A DNA stretch of 64,000 bases from Anaerolineales bacterium (GCA_046259385.1 JBJYWI010000083.1:8689-72688); one strand, 5' to 3'; positions 9,986 through 22,320 are shown, counted from the first letter of the stretch. The notes: a model not told the origin generated them from the letters alone. Numbers and translations: made by a program.

Positions 9986-11914
9986 TTAGATTCCTCGCTG
10001 GCGATGAGTGGCCGCCCGGCTGGTGTAATCAGCAAGGGCAAAATTGAGGCGTTTGAGGTCATCGGTGTGTTGCAGCATCTTCTGCATGTAACCAGTAGCT
10101 TTTGGGTCTCCATCAGCTTGGGCATCTTCCATCAGGTAACGCAGGTACTCAATATCCTGGCGAAGGTTGCGGGTGCGCAGTTCAAGCAAACCGCGCATTA
10201 AATCCTCCTGGACACGTTCATCATCTGGGTTAAGTTTGCCTGTGCGTTCCAGCAGATCATCAGCCAGTTCCATCATAGGCAGGGATAGGCTGTTAAAGAT
10301 GTAATTAAGTGGTTCACCGATGTCCTGGTTGACGGATTCCTGGAATAAGCGCATTATCGTTTTGTGGTCTGCATGCTGGAAATCACGCGCTGACAGACGC
10401 GCTAATCCTGCTTCCTGGAGGCGACGGTCTACCTGGTAGAGCAGTTCCGGTCTGCGCAGAAGAACCCCCAGGCAGTGTGCCTCCAGCGAGTGACTGCTGG
10501 TAGCCGCCGTGTGTGTCGCTGATTCTCGATCAGGCTCAAGGGTTGGATAGTTTCTGCGTCTGCGGGCAGGCGCTTTCAAGGGGTGAAATTCGAGCAGAGT
10601 CCTTTCATCGATGTGTAACAGGCGCGCCAATCTCTGTCGATACGTATCTCGTTCAATCGGGTTGGGCAGGTCTTCAATCAAGGGGAAAACCCTCGCAGCG
10701 ATTTCCGTTTTCACTTTTGGATCATCTAGGTCACGTTTGGCTGCAAGCGTTTCCATGACATGAATCACAATTGGGCGCGCATTATCGAGTATCCTTCTCC
10801 ATTCTTCAGGATCGCGGTGGACTATTTCATCCGGGTCCAGTCCTTGTGGGAGCATTGTGACCCGGATATCGGCTTTAAGACGAGCCTCGTGCCGCATAAG
10901 GCCGCGCGGGTCGAAGACCGGATCGCGCTCGCGATCCAGGGTTGCCCGGGCAATATCAAGGCCACGTATAGTAGCTTCCTCGCCGGCGGCGTCCGGGTCA
11001 AGGGCCAGGATAATATGCTGGGTGTATTTCTTTATAAGGAATAGATGATGTTCCGTAAGTGCAGTACCCATGGGGGAGACAGTATTGGTGAAACCTGCCT
11101 GGTGAAGCGCGATCACATCGAGATATCCCTCGACAATCGTCACCTGTTCCTGCATTCGAATTGCCCTGCGAGCCCGGTCTAGTCCGTAAAGCAGGCGGCT
11201 CTTATCGAATACTACCGTCTGGGGGGAGTTAAGAAACTTAGGGACATCTTCCGGGTCCAGGATTCTGGCGCCAAAACCCGCCATCCGGCTGCGGGCATCC
11301 CTGATTGGGAACATCAGGCGGTTCCTGAAACGGTCGTACAGGCCGCCTGTATCTCGCTCGCTGGCCAATCCGCAAGCAAGTAGGTCAGGATCCTGATATC
11401 CCTTTTGCCGGAAATGCTGAAGAGTACTTTCCCACGAATCCGGCGCGTAGCCAAGACCGAACGCTTCGATTGTCTGATCAGTAAGGTTGCGCTCATTATG
11501 GAGATAATCAAGGGTTTCGAGTCCCCGGGGGGAATTCCTGAGCTGGTGGCTGTAAAAAACCAGCGCCTCTTCAAGAATTTCGCGCAGACCCTCATTCTCT
11601 TCAGCAGCAGCCTTTTCCTCTTCTGTTGGCGGGCGAAGCTGGATACCGGCTCGATCTGCCAGGTACTTGAGGGTTTCAGAAAAATCCCATCCCTCTTTCT
11701 TCATGACAAAACCAAAGATGTCACCCCCTTCATTGCATTGGCCGAAACAGCGCCAGGTGCCCGTTTCTGGAAAGACAACGAACGCGGGAGTGCGCGTATT
11801 TGGATGGAACGGGCAAAATCCGGTGTAGTTTTTGCCCGACCGGCGAATATCAACTGTTTCGCGCACCAGGTCTACTATATCGATCCGGGCTTTTATTTCA
11901 TCTATGGAAGACAT
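9986..11914 (-). CDS. dnaG: DNA primase
   Basis: 642 aa. Zinc-ribbon CPFHPNTRTPAFVVFPETGTWRCFGQC and TOPRIM segment VTIVEGYLDVIALHQAG. Classical dnaG-rpoD pairing. Confidence 0.95.
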   Translation of the reverse strand: MSSIDEIKARIDIVDLVRETVDIRRSGKNYTGFCPFHPNTRTPAFVVFPETGTWRCFGQCNEGGDIFGFVMKKEGWDFSETLKYLADRAGIQLRPPTEEEKAAAEENEGLREILEEALVFYSHQLRNSPRGLETLDYLHNERNLTDQTIEAFGLGYAPDSWESTLQHFRQKGYQDPDLLACGLASERDTGGLYDRFRNRLMFPIRDARSRMAGFGARILDPEDVPKFLNSPQTVVFDKSRLLYGLDRARRAIRMQEQVTIVEGYLDVIALHQAGFTNTVSPMGTALTEHHLFLIKKYTQHIILALDPDAAGEEATIRGLDIARATLDRERDPVFDPRGLMRHEARLKADIRVTMLPQGLDPDEIVHRDPEEWRRILDNARPIVIHVMETLAAKRDLDDPKVKTEIAARVFPLIEDLPNPIERDTYRQRLARLLHIDERTLLEFHPLKAPARRRRNYPTLEPDRESATHTAATSSHSLEAHCLGVLLRRPELLYQVDRRLQEAGLARLSARDFQHADHKTIMRLFQESVNQDIGEPLNYIFNSLSLPMMELADDLLERTGKLNPDDERVQEDLMRGLLELRTRNLRQDIEYLRYLMEDAQADGDPKATGYMQKMLQHTDDLKRLNFALADYTSRAATHRQRGI

Positions 11915-12266
11915 TCAAGCCTACGACTTTATATCTATTTCAGTCTCAGAGTCTTGCTTGGTAAAAAAACGCCGAATAATTAAAATTATACTCCAGCAGG
12001 TAAGCAGCCCGGTATTCATATTACGGAATAATATTGCGGGTGTCCCAAACCGGTGCAAATTCCCATTTAAAATGGATATCGATTGAATATAAAGCAGGCT
12101 GGTCTATAGGTGTGGGTGTTTAAGCTGGGCTCCTGTTAGTGAAGTGCCCGGGGATTGATTAAAATAAATGTGTATATAATTGTGGATAAATGATGTTTTG
12201 TTGTGGAAAAATACCGCGGTGGTGGGGATAAAACCTGAAATTCTGTTGATAACCGTAGGGTAAAGT

Positions 12267-13175
12267 TCAGCGAGTCCCCAGAATATAAAGAGCGCCGCTC
12301 ATAAAAATAATCGCAGTGAGCAAACCGGATCCCCAAAGCAGATAAGCGATGTATCCTTTGCGGTTGTCGAGAAAGAAATACAGCCCGGCAAATAAATCTA
12401 CCAGAAAAAAGAACGTGTTCATTAATGGGAGCAGTAACAACCGGATAGCTGGGATGGCTTCCCCCGGCGTTCCATCTGATAGAAAGCGCAGGTGAATGTC
12501 TTCTCCGGATGTTATCCCAATTGCGACCATTCCCAGAAGGCTTATACAAATCAACGCGCCAGAGATGATCAACAACCTGGCAGGGGTTGACTTCCAGACC
12601 AGGTTTAGAATGTGTGAAGGGTACACCGACTGGGGGTCGAAAGGAATAAAAGAGCCCATCTCGGTGAAACGCTGGTAGGTGTTAATAAATTCAGCCGGCC
12701 TGCTGGGAGAAAGAGCGTAGGCTTTATCTATTCTGGCGATGACGATCAGGTTCTTGGTGCTGGATGCCAGATATTCAATCTCGCCTCCTTGCCTGATTTT
12801 GCGGGAGCCCAGTACGGCCCCAGGCAGGCGGACTAGGGGAAGAGGCAGCCGCGTTTCCAGTTTATCGGCCGGATGCATCCATTGAATTTCGGTTATGGGA
12901 ATGTCCTCTTGGCGCAGACCCCAGTGCAACCGGATTCCATCTCTTTCAATCAGGTAGCAGGCATTTCTCAAAGCATATAAGTAATATATTAATATCGGAA
13001 CTGTACATAATATCAACAGGGAGGGAATGAATAAAGAAAGAAAACCTGCGCTTGTCCGGGAGTGTATGGATACCCAAACCGCAATAATTCCCCCTAAAGA
13101 CAGAATGATCAAAACTCCGGTGAGGAAGAGATAGCCCCTTCTGCGCGCCGGAAAAAAAGGGTAACTTTTTTGCAC
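12267..13175 (-). CDS. Membrane protein with central bacterial PH-like (YdbS/YdbT-type) domain
   Basis: 302 aa. Two N-terminal TM helices, a soluble segment (YLIERDGIRLHWGLRQEDIPITEIQWMHPA...) reminiscent of bPH domains, then about 4 further TM helices. GTG start. Family assignment made by eye only. Confidence 0.6.
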   Translation of the reverse strand: MQKSYPFFPARRRGYLFLTGVLIILSLGGIIAVWVSIHSRTSAGFLSLFIPSLLILCTVPILIYYLYALRNACYLIERDGIRLHWGLRQEDIPITEIQWMHPADKLETRLPLPLVRLPGAVLGSRKIRQGGEIEYLASSTKNLIVIARIDKAYALSPSRPAEFINTYQRFTEMGSFIPFDPQSVYPSHILNLVWKSTPARLLIISGALICISLLGMVAIGITSGEDIHLRFLSDGTPGEAIPAIRLLLLPLMNTFFFLVDLFAGLYFFLDNRKGYIAYLLWGSGLLTAIIFMSGALYILGTR

Positions 13176-13182
13176 ATTTGTA

Positions 13183-13191
13183 TTTATACCA
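13183..13191 (-). promoter_or_regulatory. Extended -10 element TGgTATAAA, 7 nt upstream of the GTG start at 13175
   Basis: Minus strand reads catGGTATAAAtacaaatGTG. There is no room for a Shine-Dalgarno, so a leaderless transcript is implied. Confidence 0.4.
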
Positions 13192-13285
13192 TGTCTGCTG
13201 CAAATTTATTGGCGGGCACCATGGAGCGTTCTTCTGGATCTGATTCGACCGAATGATTTCGTAAAATACGCAGATAAAATCAGCA

Positions 13286-13314
13286 TTGACCGTAAAATTT
13301 TTAATTAATATAAT
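13286..13314 (+). promoter_or_regulatory. Sigma-70-type promoter P1 upstream of nfeD (TTGACC-17 nt-TATAAT)
   Basis: -35 TTGACC at 13286-13291, a 17-nt spacer, and consensus -10 TATAAT at 13309-13314. Confidence 0.55.
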
Positions 13315-13356
13315 TGCAGCCTTAGGTTAGTTGCGACTGAGGAGAGAAAGCGAAAA

Positions 13357-13385
13357 TTGATATCGCTCTAAAGAGGTTGTATAAT
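13357..13385 (+). promoter_or_regulatory. Sigma-70-type promoter P2 upstream of nfeD (TTGATA-17 nt-TATAAT)
   Basis: -35 TTGATA at 13357-13362, a 17-nt spacer, and -10 TATAAT at 13380-13385, 40 nt before the ATG at 13426. Confidence 0.55.
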
Positions 13386-13425
13386 GTTTATTAACCAATA
13401 ACGTAAACCTGAAACGGAAAAAAAG

Positions 13426-14040
13426 ATGGATATTCTTCTTGATCCCAATATTGCTTACCTGCTGCTGGCAGCTGGCGTCTTCTTTACAGCCCTGGCGATT
13501 TTAAGCCCGGGAACGGGCGTGCTTGAGATTTTTGGATTGATCACCTTAATTCTGGCGGGCTGGGTTGTATACAGTTTGCAGGGGATAATTAATTGGTGGG
13601 CGTTAATTGTCCTACTTGCCAGTTTTGTTTTATTCTTTCTGGCGCTGAGATATCCAGCGAAACTGGTCTACCTGGCGTGTGCAATAGCGGCAATGGTGGT
13701 GGGTTCTGCGTTCCTGTTCGGGGGCGAGGACTGGTGGTTTCCGGCGGTAAATCCATTTCTGGCTCTGGCGGTCTCTTTGTTTATGGGAGGTTTCTTCTGG
13801 ATTGCAGGGAGAAAGATTCTGGAGGCGAGGAGTGCCCGGCCGACCCACGATCTGGAAGCTCTGATTGGCGAGCAAGGTATAGCAAAATCGGATATTCACG
13901 AAGAAGGTTCTGTGCAGGTAGCTGGTGAACTCTGGACAGCTTCAAGTCCAGTGCCGATAAACGAAGGCACAACTGTAAAAGTGGTCGAAAGGGATGGTTT
14001 TGTCCTGGTGGTTGAACCAATAAACGATGAAGAATTTTAA
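13426..14040 (+). CDS. NfeD-family membrane protein (no ClpP-like protease domain)
   Basis: 204 aa. Four or five TM helices followed by a C-terminal OB-like NfeD segment (GSVQVAGELWTASSPVPINEGTTVKVVERDGFVLVVEP). Immediately precedes an SPFH gene, the classical pairing. Confidence 0.85.
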   Translation: MDILLDPNIAYLLLAAGVFFTALAILSPGTGVLEIFGLITLILAGWVVYSLQGIINWWALIVLLASFVLFFLALRYPAKLVYLACAIAAMVVGSAFLFGGEDWWFPAVNPFLALAVSLFMGGFFWIAGRKILEARSARPTHDLEALIGEQGIAKSDIHEEGSVQVAGELWTASSPVPINEGTTVKVVERDGFVLVVEPINDEEF

Positions 14041-14121
14041 GGACGGCGGCATGGTTGCCATGGAACCGGCGGCGGTGAACAATCAATTGTTTATTCGAAA
14101 AATTGAAATGGAGGTTGTGAA

Positions 14122-15024
14122 ATGTTAGAAAGTGTCAGCAGTGTGGCATTATGCCTGGTTGGTGCGGTGATCCTGATCGCAGTTGCGTTCATCGCCGCTG
14201 CTATAAAGGTTGTCCCGGAATTTCAAAGGCTGGTTATCTTCAGGTTGGGGAGGTGTGTGGGGGCGAAAGGTCCCGGGATAATTTTTCTTATTCCAATTAT
14301 TGACCGGTCCGTGAGAGTGGATCTGCGGGAGCAGGTCCGCGAGATACCGCATCAAAATTCGATCACCCAGGACAATGCCTCAGTCAATGTGGATTTTATC
14401 TGGTACTACAAGGTGCTTGACCCAACCCAAAGTGTGCTGCAGGTGCAGGATTTCGAGTCTGCAGCCCAGGGAATGGCGACAACAACCCTGCGGGCGGTGA
14501 TCGGCGGAATATTACTGGATGACGTGCTTTCAAAGCGGGAACATATCAACAACCTGCTGCGGGCGCGCCTGGACGAGGTGACTGAGCGGTGGGGGGTGAA
14601 AGTGACGAATGTAGAGATCAGGGAGATCAATCCGCCCAAGGAGATCCAGGACGCGATGAACCGCCAGATGTCAGCTGAGAGAAACCGGCGGGCAGTGGTG
14701 ACCGAATCGACCGGACAGCGCGAAGCCGCCATCAATGTAGCGGACGGTGAAAAACAGGCATCGATTTTAAAGGCGGAGGGTGCCAGGCAGGCAGAGATCC
14801 TGTTGGCGGAAGGCCAGCGCCAGGGACAAATCCTACGCGCGGAAGGTTTCTCGAATGCCCTGAACCAGATTTACAATATCGCCAAAACAGTCGATCCAAA
14901 AACGATGACCCTCCAGTATTTCGACACCCTGAAGGCGTTGGGCTCTTCTCCAGCGACAAAATATATTTTCCCGATGGAGTTCACCAGCTTATTGGAGAAT
15001 TTTGTAAAAGGCAAAGAAGAATAA
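14122..15024 (+). CDS. SPFH/band-7 (stomatin-like) protein
   Basis: 300 aa. N-terminal TM, then an SPFH core (VPEFQRLVIFRLGR..., TQDNASVNVDFIWYYKV, TTLRAVIGGILLDDVLSKRE) and a coiled-coil tail. Confidence 0.93.
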   Translation: MLESVSSVALCLVGAVILIAVAFIAAAIKVVPEFQRLVIFRLGRCVGAKGPGIIFLIPIIDRSVRVDLREQVREIPHQNSITQDNASVNVDFIWYYKVLDPTQSVLQVQDFESAAQGMATTTLRAVIGGILLDDVLSKREHINNLLRARLDEVTERWGVKVTNVEIREINPPKEIQDAMNRQMSAERNRRAVVTESTGQREAAINVADGEKQASILKAEGARQAEILLAEGQRQGQILRAEGFSNALNQIYNIAKTVDPKTMTLQYFDTLKALGSSPATKYIFPMEFTSLLENFVKGKEE

Positions 15025-15035
15025 AGTCAGCTAGG

Positions 15036-15081
15036 CAGGGTGTGCAGCAGCCGCAGGGGTATATTGCGCACCCTGTTTTTT
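15036..15081 (+). terminator. Intrinsic terminator after the SPFH gene
   Basis: Stem cagggtgtgc (15036-15045) pairs with gcgcaccctg (15066-15075) over 10 bp including one G-U. It is followed by TTTTTT at 15076-15081. Confidence 0.7.
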
Positions 15082-15128
15082 AAATTAAGATGGAGACCTC
15101 ATCAACCGGAGTGAGAGGGGACAGAGCC

Positions 15129-15572
15129 ATGATTGAACCGGCATGCTGGAAGGATTTGAATCAGCTGCGCAGGGTGGAAAAGCTGTGCTTTCCAAAAGAT
15201 TCATGGCCGCTGTTCGATTTAATCGGTATACTAACATTTCCAAACGTGCTGCGGTTAAAAGCAGTAGCGGATGATAAAATGGTCGGGTTTGTAGGGATCG
15301 ATATCCGCAACTCCCAAAGTCAAGCCTGGATTGCCACAATTTGCGTGGAGCCGGATTACCAGCGGAGAGGCATTGCCAGCGCGCTGCTGGTGGAGAGCGA
15401 ATCCCAACTGCGCCAGCCAGTCATAAAGCTGAGTGTGCGCGCCACTAATACATCAGCAATTAAACTTTACCGGAAATTCGGTTACCGGGAAATCGAAACA
15501 TGGCTGGCATATTACCGGGATGGTGAAAACGCACTTGTGATGGAAAAGAGAATAGATAGAAAAAGAATTTAA
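15129..15572 (+). CDS. GNAT N-acetyltransferase, RimI-like
   Basis: The track ORF starts at 15090. ATG 15129 (MIEPACW...) has a purine-rich GAGAGGGGA about 8 nt upstream. Acetyl-CoA motif VEPDYQRRGIASALL. The stop is directly abutted by the rnd ATG. Confidence 0.85.
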   Translation: MIEPACWKDLNQLRRVEKLCFPKDSWPLFDLIGILTFPNVLRLKAVADDKMVGFVGIDIRNSQSQAWIATICVEPDYQRRGIASALLVESESQLRQPVIKLSVRATNTSAIKLYRKFGYREIETWLAYYRDGENALVMEKRIDRKRI

Positions 15573-16718
15573 ATGAAACCCCAGAGTATAGGAGAGCCGG
15601 TCTATATATCAAACAAGTCTGCGTTGGAAAGGCTGGCTGGCGAACTGTTAAGAGAACAAATAATTGCGGTTGACACTGAATCCAACAGCCTGCATGCGTA
15701 TCAGGAAAGAGTATGCCTGATCCAATTCTCGACCTATTCAACGGACTACCTGGTCGACCCGATTGTCTTAAAGAATGTATCCCCTCTGGAGCCGGTATTT
15801 TCCAGCTCGAGGGTCGAAAAGGTTTTTCATGCTGCGGAATATGATCTGATTTGCCTGCACCGTGATTTTGAATTCAATTTTTCCAACCTGTTTGATACGA
15901 TGATTGCCGCGGGTATTCTTGGATACCCGGCTCTAGGTTTGGGTTCGCTATTAAAGGATAAGTTTGGCGTACGCATCAACAAGCGTTACCAGCGGGCAAA
16001 CTGGGGCGAACGACCTTTGCCCATGTATCTCAAACTTTATGCCCAGCAGGATACCCATTACCTGCTTTCGCTGCGCGATTTGCTGCGCAGGGAGCTGATC
16101 GAGCGCAATCTGGTAAGGCTGGCAGTTGAAGATTTTAAACGCTTGTCTCGGGTGAAGGCGATCAAGAAGAATGCATATCAACCCGGAAATGTTGAGCAAA
16201 ACTTCTGGCGGGTGAACGGATCGAATGATCTCGTCCCTCAAAAAGCGGCGGTTTTGCTGGAATTATGCCGGTATCGGGACGAAATCGCCCGAAAGAGAGA
16301 TTTACCGTTGTTCAAAGTGTTAAGTGACCGGACACTATTGAGTATTGCCGAACAGACCCCAGTTGATCTGGACGAACTGAATAGGGTGCCAGGGGTAAGC
16401 GACAGTCAGGTGAAACGCCACGGTGCCAAGCTCCTGGTTGCGGTTCAGACCGGAATGCAGGCAAAGCCAATTTACCCTCCGAAACGAACAAAATCAAACG
16501 GCAAATATTTGTACCGGGTGGATAACCTGAAGCAGTGGCGCAAAATCACCGCCCAGAATATGGGTGTGGGCCCGGATGTTATCCTGCCTCGGGATCTATT
16601 ATTCAAAGTCGCAAAAAGAAACCCCCATTCCCTGGATGAACTTGCAGAAGTTTTCAAGGCTGTCCCCTGGCGGATGGAACATTTTGGGGAAGAGATAATC
16701 GCGGTACTGAAGGATTAA
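15573..16718 (+). CDS. rnd: Ribonuclease D (DEDDy 3'-5' exonuclease + HRDC)
   Basis: 381 aa. Exo motifs AVDTESNSLHAYQERVCLIQFST, FHAAEYDLICL and YAQQDTHYLL. C-terminal HRDC-like repeats. Confidence 0.9.
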   Translation: MKPQSIGEPVYISNKSALERLAGELLREQIIAVDTESNSLHAYQERVCLIQFSTYSTDYLVDPIVLKNVSPLEPVFSSSRVEKVFHAAEYDLICLHRDFEFNFSNLFDTMIAAGILGYPALGLGSLLKDKFGVRINKRYQRANWGERPLPMYLKLYAQQDTHYLLSLRDLLRRELIERNLVRLAVEDFKRLSRVKAIKKNAYQPGNVEQNFWRVNGSNDLVPQKAAVLLELCRYRDEIARKRDLPLFKVLSDRTLLSIAEQTPVDLDELNRVPGVSDSQVKRHGAKLLVAVQTGMQAKPIYPPKRTKSNGKYLYRVDNLKQWRKITAQNMGVGPDVILPRDLLFKVAKRNPHSLDELAEVFKAVPWRMEHFGEEIIAVLKD

Positions 16719-16721
16719 TTG

Positions 16722-18119
16722 ATGAAAATTTGGTTTCACGGCGCTGCTCAAACCGTCACAGGGTCCCAGCATTTAATTGAAGTGAATGGATACCGGCTGC
16801 TTCTTGAATGCGGGCTGTTTCAAGGCCGCCGGAGCGAGACATATGAGCGCAATCGGAATTTTCAATATAACCCTGAGCAGTTGGACGCGGTGATCCTTTC
16901 GCATGCCCACATCGACCACAGCGGTAATCTTCCGAACCTGGTCAAAACCGGGTACACGGGTCCAATTTACACAACTCCTGCCAGCGCCCATCTCGCCAAT
17001 CTGATGCTGATAGATTCTGGACATATCCAGGAGGCGGATGTAGAGTATGTGAATAAAAGAAGGGCTAAGCAGGGATTATCCCCAACTGAACCTCTCTACA
17101 CGATTGAAGACGCCGCTCACGTCGCCCAGTATTTTCAACCTATGCCTTACCTCCAGAAGTTCGAGCCGGTACCCGGAGTTGTGGCGTACCTTGTAGATGC
17201 CGGACACATACTGGGTTCTGCGGCTGTTGTTCTGGATATCGAAGAAAAGGGTCGTAAATTCCGCCTGTGGTTTTCTGGTGATATAGGCAGATTGGATCTG
17301 CCGTTGATCCGCGATCCGGTAACCCCCGATAACGCTGACTATATGATCATGGAATGTACATACGGGGACAAACTTCACCGGGAGCCGCAGCAGGCGTACG
17401 ACGAACTGCGCGAGGTGGTGAAAAAAACCACCAGCCGGGGCGGTAAGGTAATCATCCCGGCTTTTGCGGTCGGACGCACCCAGGAACTGGTTTACGACCT
17501 GCACCGCATGATGGACAACGACGAAATACCTGAAATCCCGATTTATGTTGACAGCCCGCTGGCTGTGAACGCTTCAGACATCTTCCGGGCGCATCCGGAA
17601 TGCTTTGATCAGGAAACCCGGAAATTTATCGCAAATGATGAGCACAGAGCTGCTCTGGGATTCGACAACCTTGTTTACACACGGTCTGTGGAGGAATCAA
17701 AAGCGTTGAACAACCGCCGAGACCCGATGGTGATCATCTCGGCTTCGGGGATGGCGGAAGCAGGCCGGATCCTGCATCATCTCAAGAACAACATTGAAAA
17801 TCCGCTCAACACGGTTTTGATTGTCTCCTGGCAGGCGCCCCATACCCTTGGAAGAAGGATAGCTGACCGGGAGGAACGGGTGAAGATCTTTGGTGATGTT
17901 TATGAGCTGCGGGCGGAAGTTCAGACGATCGGCGGCCTTTCCGCTCACGCCGGCCAAGACTTCCTGCTCGATTATGTCCAGGCGACCCGGGATTCTTTGA
18001 AAAGCACCTTCCTTGTGCATGGTGAGGCGAGAGGAGCGGAACCGCTGATAGAGAAAATGAAAGATAACGGGTTTGATAAGGTGTATTTCCCTGAACTGCA
18101 TTCAAGTGTGGAGTTATAA
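16722..18119 (+). CDS. Beta-CASP family metallo-beta-lactamase RNA-metabolising nuclease
   Basis: About 465 aa. MBL motif SHAHIDHSGNLP, then the beta-CASP region and a C-terminal His (VHGE). The track start is TTG 16719. ATG 16722 follows the rnd stop by 3 nt. Confidence 0.85.
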   Translation: MKIWFHGAAQTVTGSQHLIEVNGYRLLLECGLFQGRRSETYERNRNFQYNPEQLDAVILSHAHIDHSGNLPNLVKTGYTGPIYTTPASAHLANLMLIDSGHIQEADVEYVNKRRAKQGLSPTEPLYTIEDAAHVAQYFQPMPYLQKFEPVPGVVAYLVDAGHILGSAAVVLDIEEKGRKFRLWFSGDIGRLDLPLIRDPVTPDNADYMIMECTYGDKLHREPQQAYDELREVVKKTTSRGGKVIIPAFAVGRTQELVYDLHRMMDNDEIPEIPIYVDSPLAVNASDIFRAHPECFDQETRKFIANDEHRAALGFDNLVYTRSVEESKALNNRRDPMVIISASGMAEAGRILHHLKNNIENPLNTVLIVSWQAPHTLGRRIADREERVKIFGDVYELRAEVQTIGGLSAHAGQDFLLDYVQATRDSLKSTFLVHGEARGAEPLIEKMKDNGFDKVYFPELHSSVEL

Positions 18120-18180
18120 AACCCCGGCGGGACAGCCAACCCAATCGCGGTTGTAAATAGTAGAATACTTCGGGAGTCTT

Positions 18181-18189
18181 TGCTATAAT
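18181..18189 (+). promoter_or_regulatory. Extended -10 element TGcTATAAT upstream of tRNA-Ser
   Basis: tgctataat lies 40 nt upstream of the mature tRNA 5' end. No good -35 is present. Confidence 0.4.
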
Positions 18190-18228
18190 CTTCCACACCG
18201 GGCAGGATTGCGTCCGGTCACATACATC

Positions 18229-21443
<3,215 letters not shown>

Positions 21444-21465
21444 TGCGATGAGATCACCCTTTCAG

Positions 21466-22167
21466 TTAAATAGAATCCCGCATTCGACGGGTTAATATCA
21501 CCATCCGGGTGAATTCTTTAATGTGCTTGAGCGGTTTGATATGGCTGCTCTCCCCGGTATAGATGGTGCGGATTGGCACCCATTCTAGATGGTATCCCAT
21601 CTGGATACATCGTACGATCATTTCAACTTCAAATTCAAATCCCATTTCGGAGCTGATGAGCATTTGTTCCATCAAGCGTTTACTGAGCAGTCTGAAGCCG
21701 GACTGGTTATCCGGGATCCATCCCCCGACCGCCCAGGAGAAAGACAGTTGTCCGAGGCTGTTCGCCAGCCTTCTTGTCAGCGGCATGTCTCTGAAATCTC
21801 GCATACCAATGATAAGGTCGCTGTTGGTTTTCCGGTAGTATGCAAGAAATCCGGGAATATCCCCGGGGTCGTGCTGTCCGTCTGCATCAAGAGTGACCGC
21901 TGCTTTGCAATCAGATGATAAAACATGGGTGAAACCTGCCCGCAGGGCAGCGCCTTTACCCCGATTAGGGGAATACGAGATGATGTTGGCGCCTGCTAAC
22001 CTTGAGATTTCTGCCGTGTCGTCGGTTGACCCGTCATCAACCACAAGAACCGGCAGGAATTGTCGCGCAGTCCGGATCACCTCCCCGATTCGCAAGCTTT
22101 CGTTGTATGCTGGAATGATGGCTGTGATCCCGGCATTCTCATCTAAAACATTCTCTGAATTTTCCAT
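21466..22167 (-). CDS. Family-2 glycosyltransferase (polyprenyl-phosphate sugar transferase-like, soluble)
   Basis: 233 aa. IIPAYNES and LDADGQHDP motifs typical of GT-A/GT2. Lies 22 nt upstream of dnaE on the same strand. Confidence 0.85.
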   Translation of the reverse strand: MENSENVLDENAGITAIIPAYNESLRIGEVIRTARQFLPVLVVDDGSTDDTAEISRLAGANIISYSPNRGKGAALRAGFTHVLSSDCKAAVTLDADGQHDPGDIPGFLAYYRKTNSDLIIGMRDFRDMPLTRRLANSLGQLSFSWAVGGWIPDNQSGFRLLSKRLMEQMLISSEMGFEFEVEMIVRCIQMGYHLEWVPIRTIYTGESSHIKPLKHIKEFTRMVILTRRMRDSI

Positions 22168-22234
22168 AATTTACCAGTTTAGAACACCTTTATCAGAGAA
22201 GAGAAAAGGTAAAGTTCGAATTTATTTTATCTCA

Positions 22235-22257
22235 GTTGTTTTGTTCAAGAAAACAAC
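22235..22257. repeat. Perfect inverted repeat GTTGTTTT-N7-AAAACAAC
   Basis: Arms 22235-22242 and 22250-22257 are exact reverse complements. Located between the SWIM-gene terminator and the GT2 start. Function unknown. Confidence 0.9.
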
Positions 22258-22286
22258 CGTGGGGCAATCCGGTAAAGGCGCATGAT

Positions 22287-22320
22287 AAAAAAAGCGCAAA
22301 TTTCCAAAGGAAATTGCGCC
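22287..22320 (-). terminator. Intrinsic terminator after the SWIM mini-protein gene
   Basis: The minus strand reads ggcgcaatttcc-ttt-ggaaatttgcgc, an 11-12 bp stem, followed by TTTTTTT. Confidence 0.8.

Noticed and set aside
12136-12549. A 137-aa ORF overlapping the 3' part of the bPH membrane protein gene in another frame, and the 85-aa ORF at 12946..13203.
   Set aside because: Both are same-strand alternative frames inside a coherent 302-aa membrane protein ORF, and neither has independent start signals.
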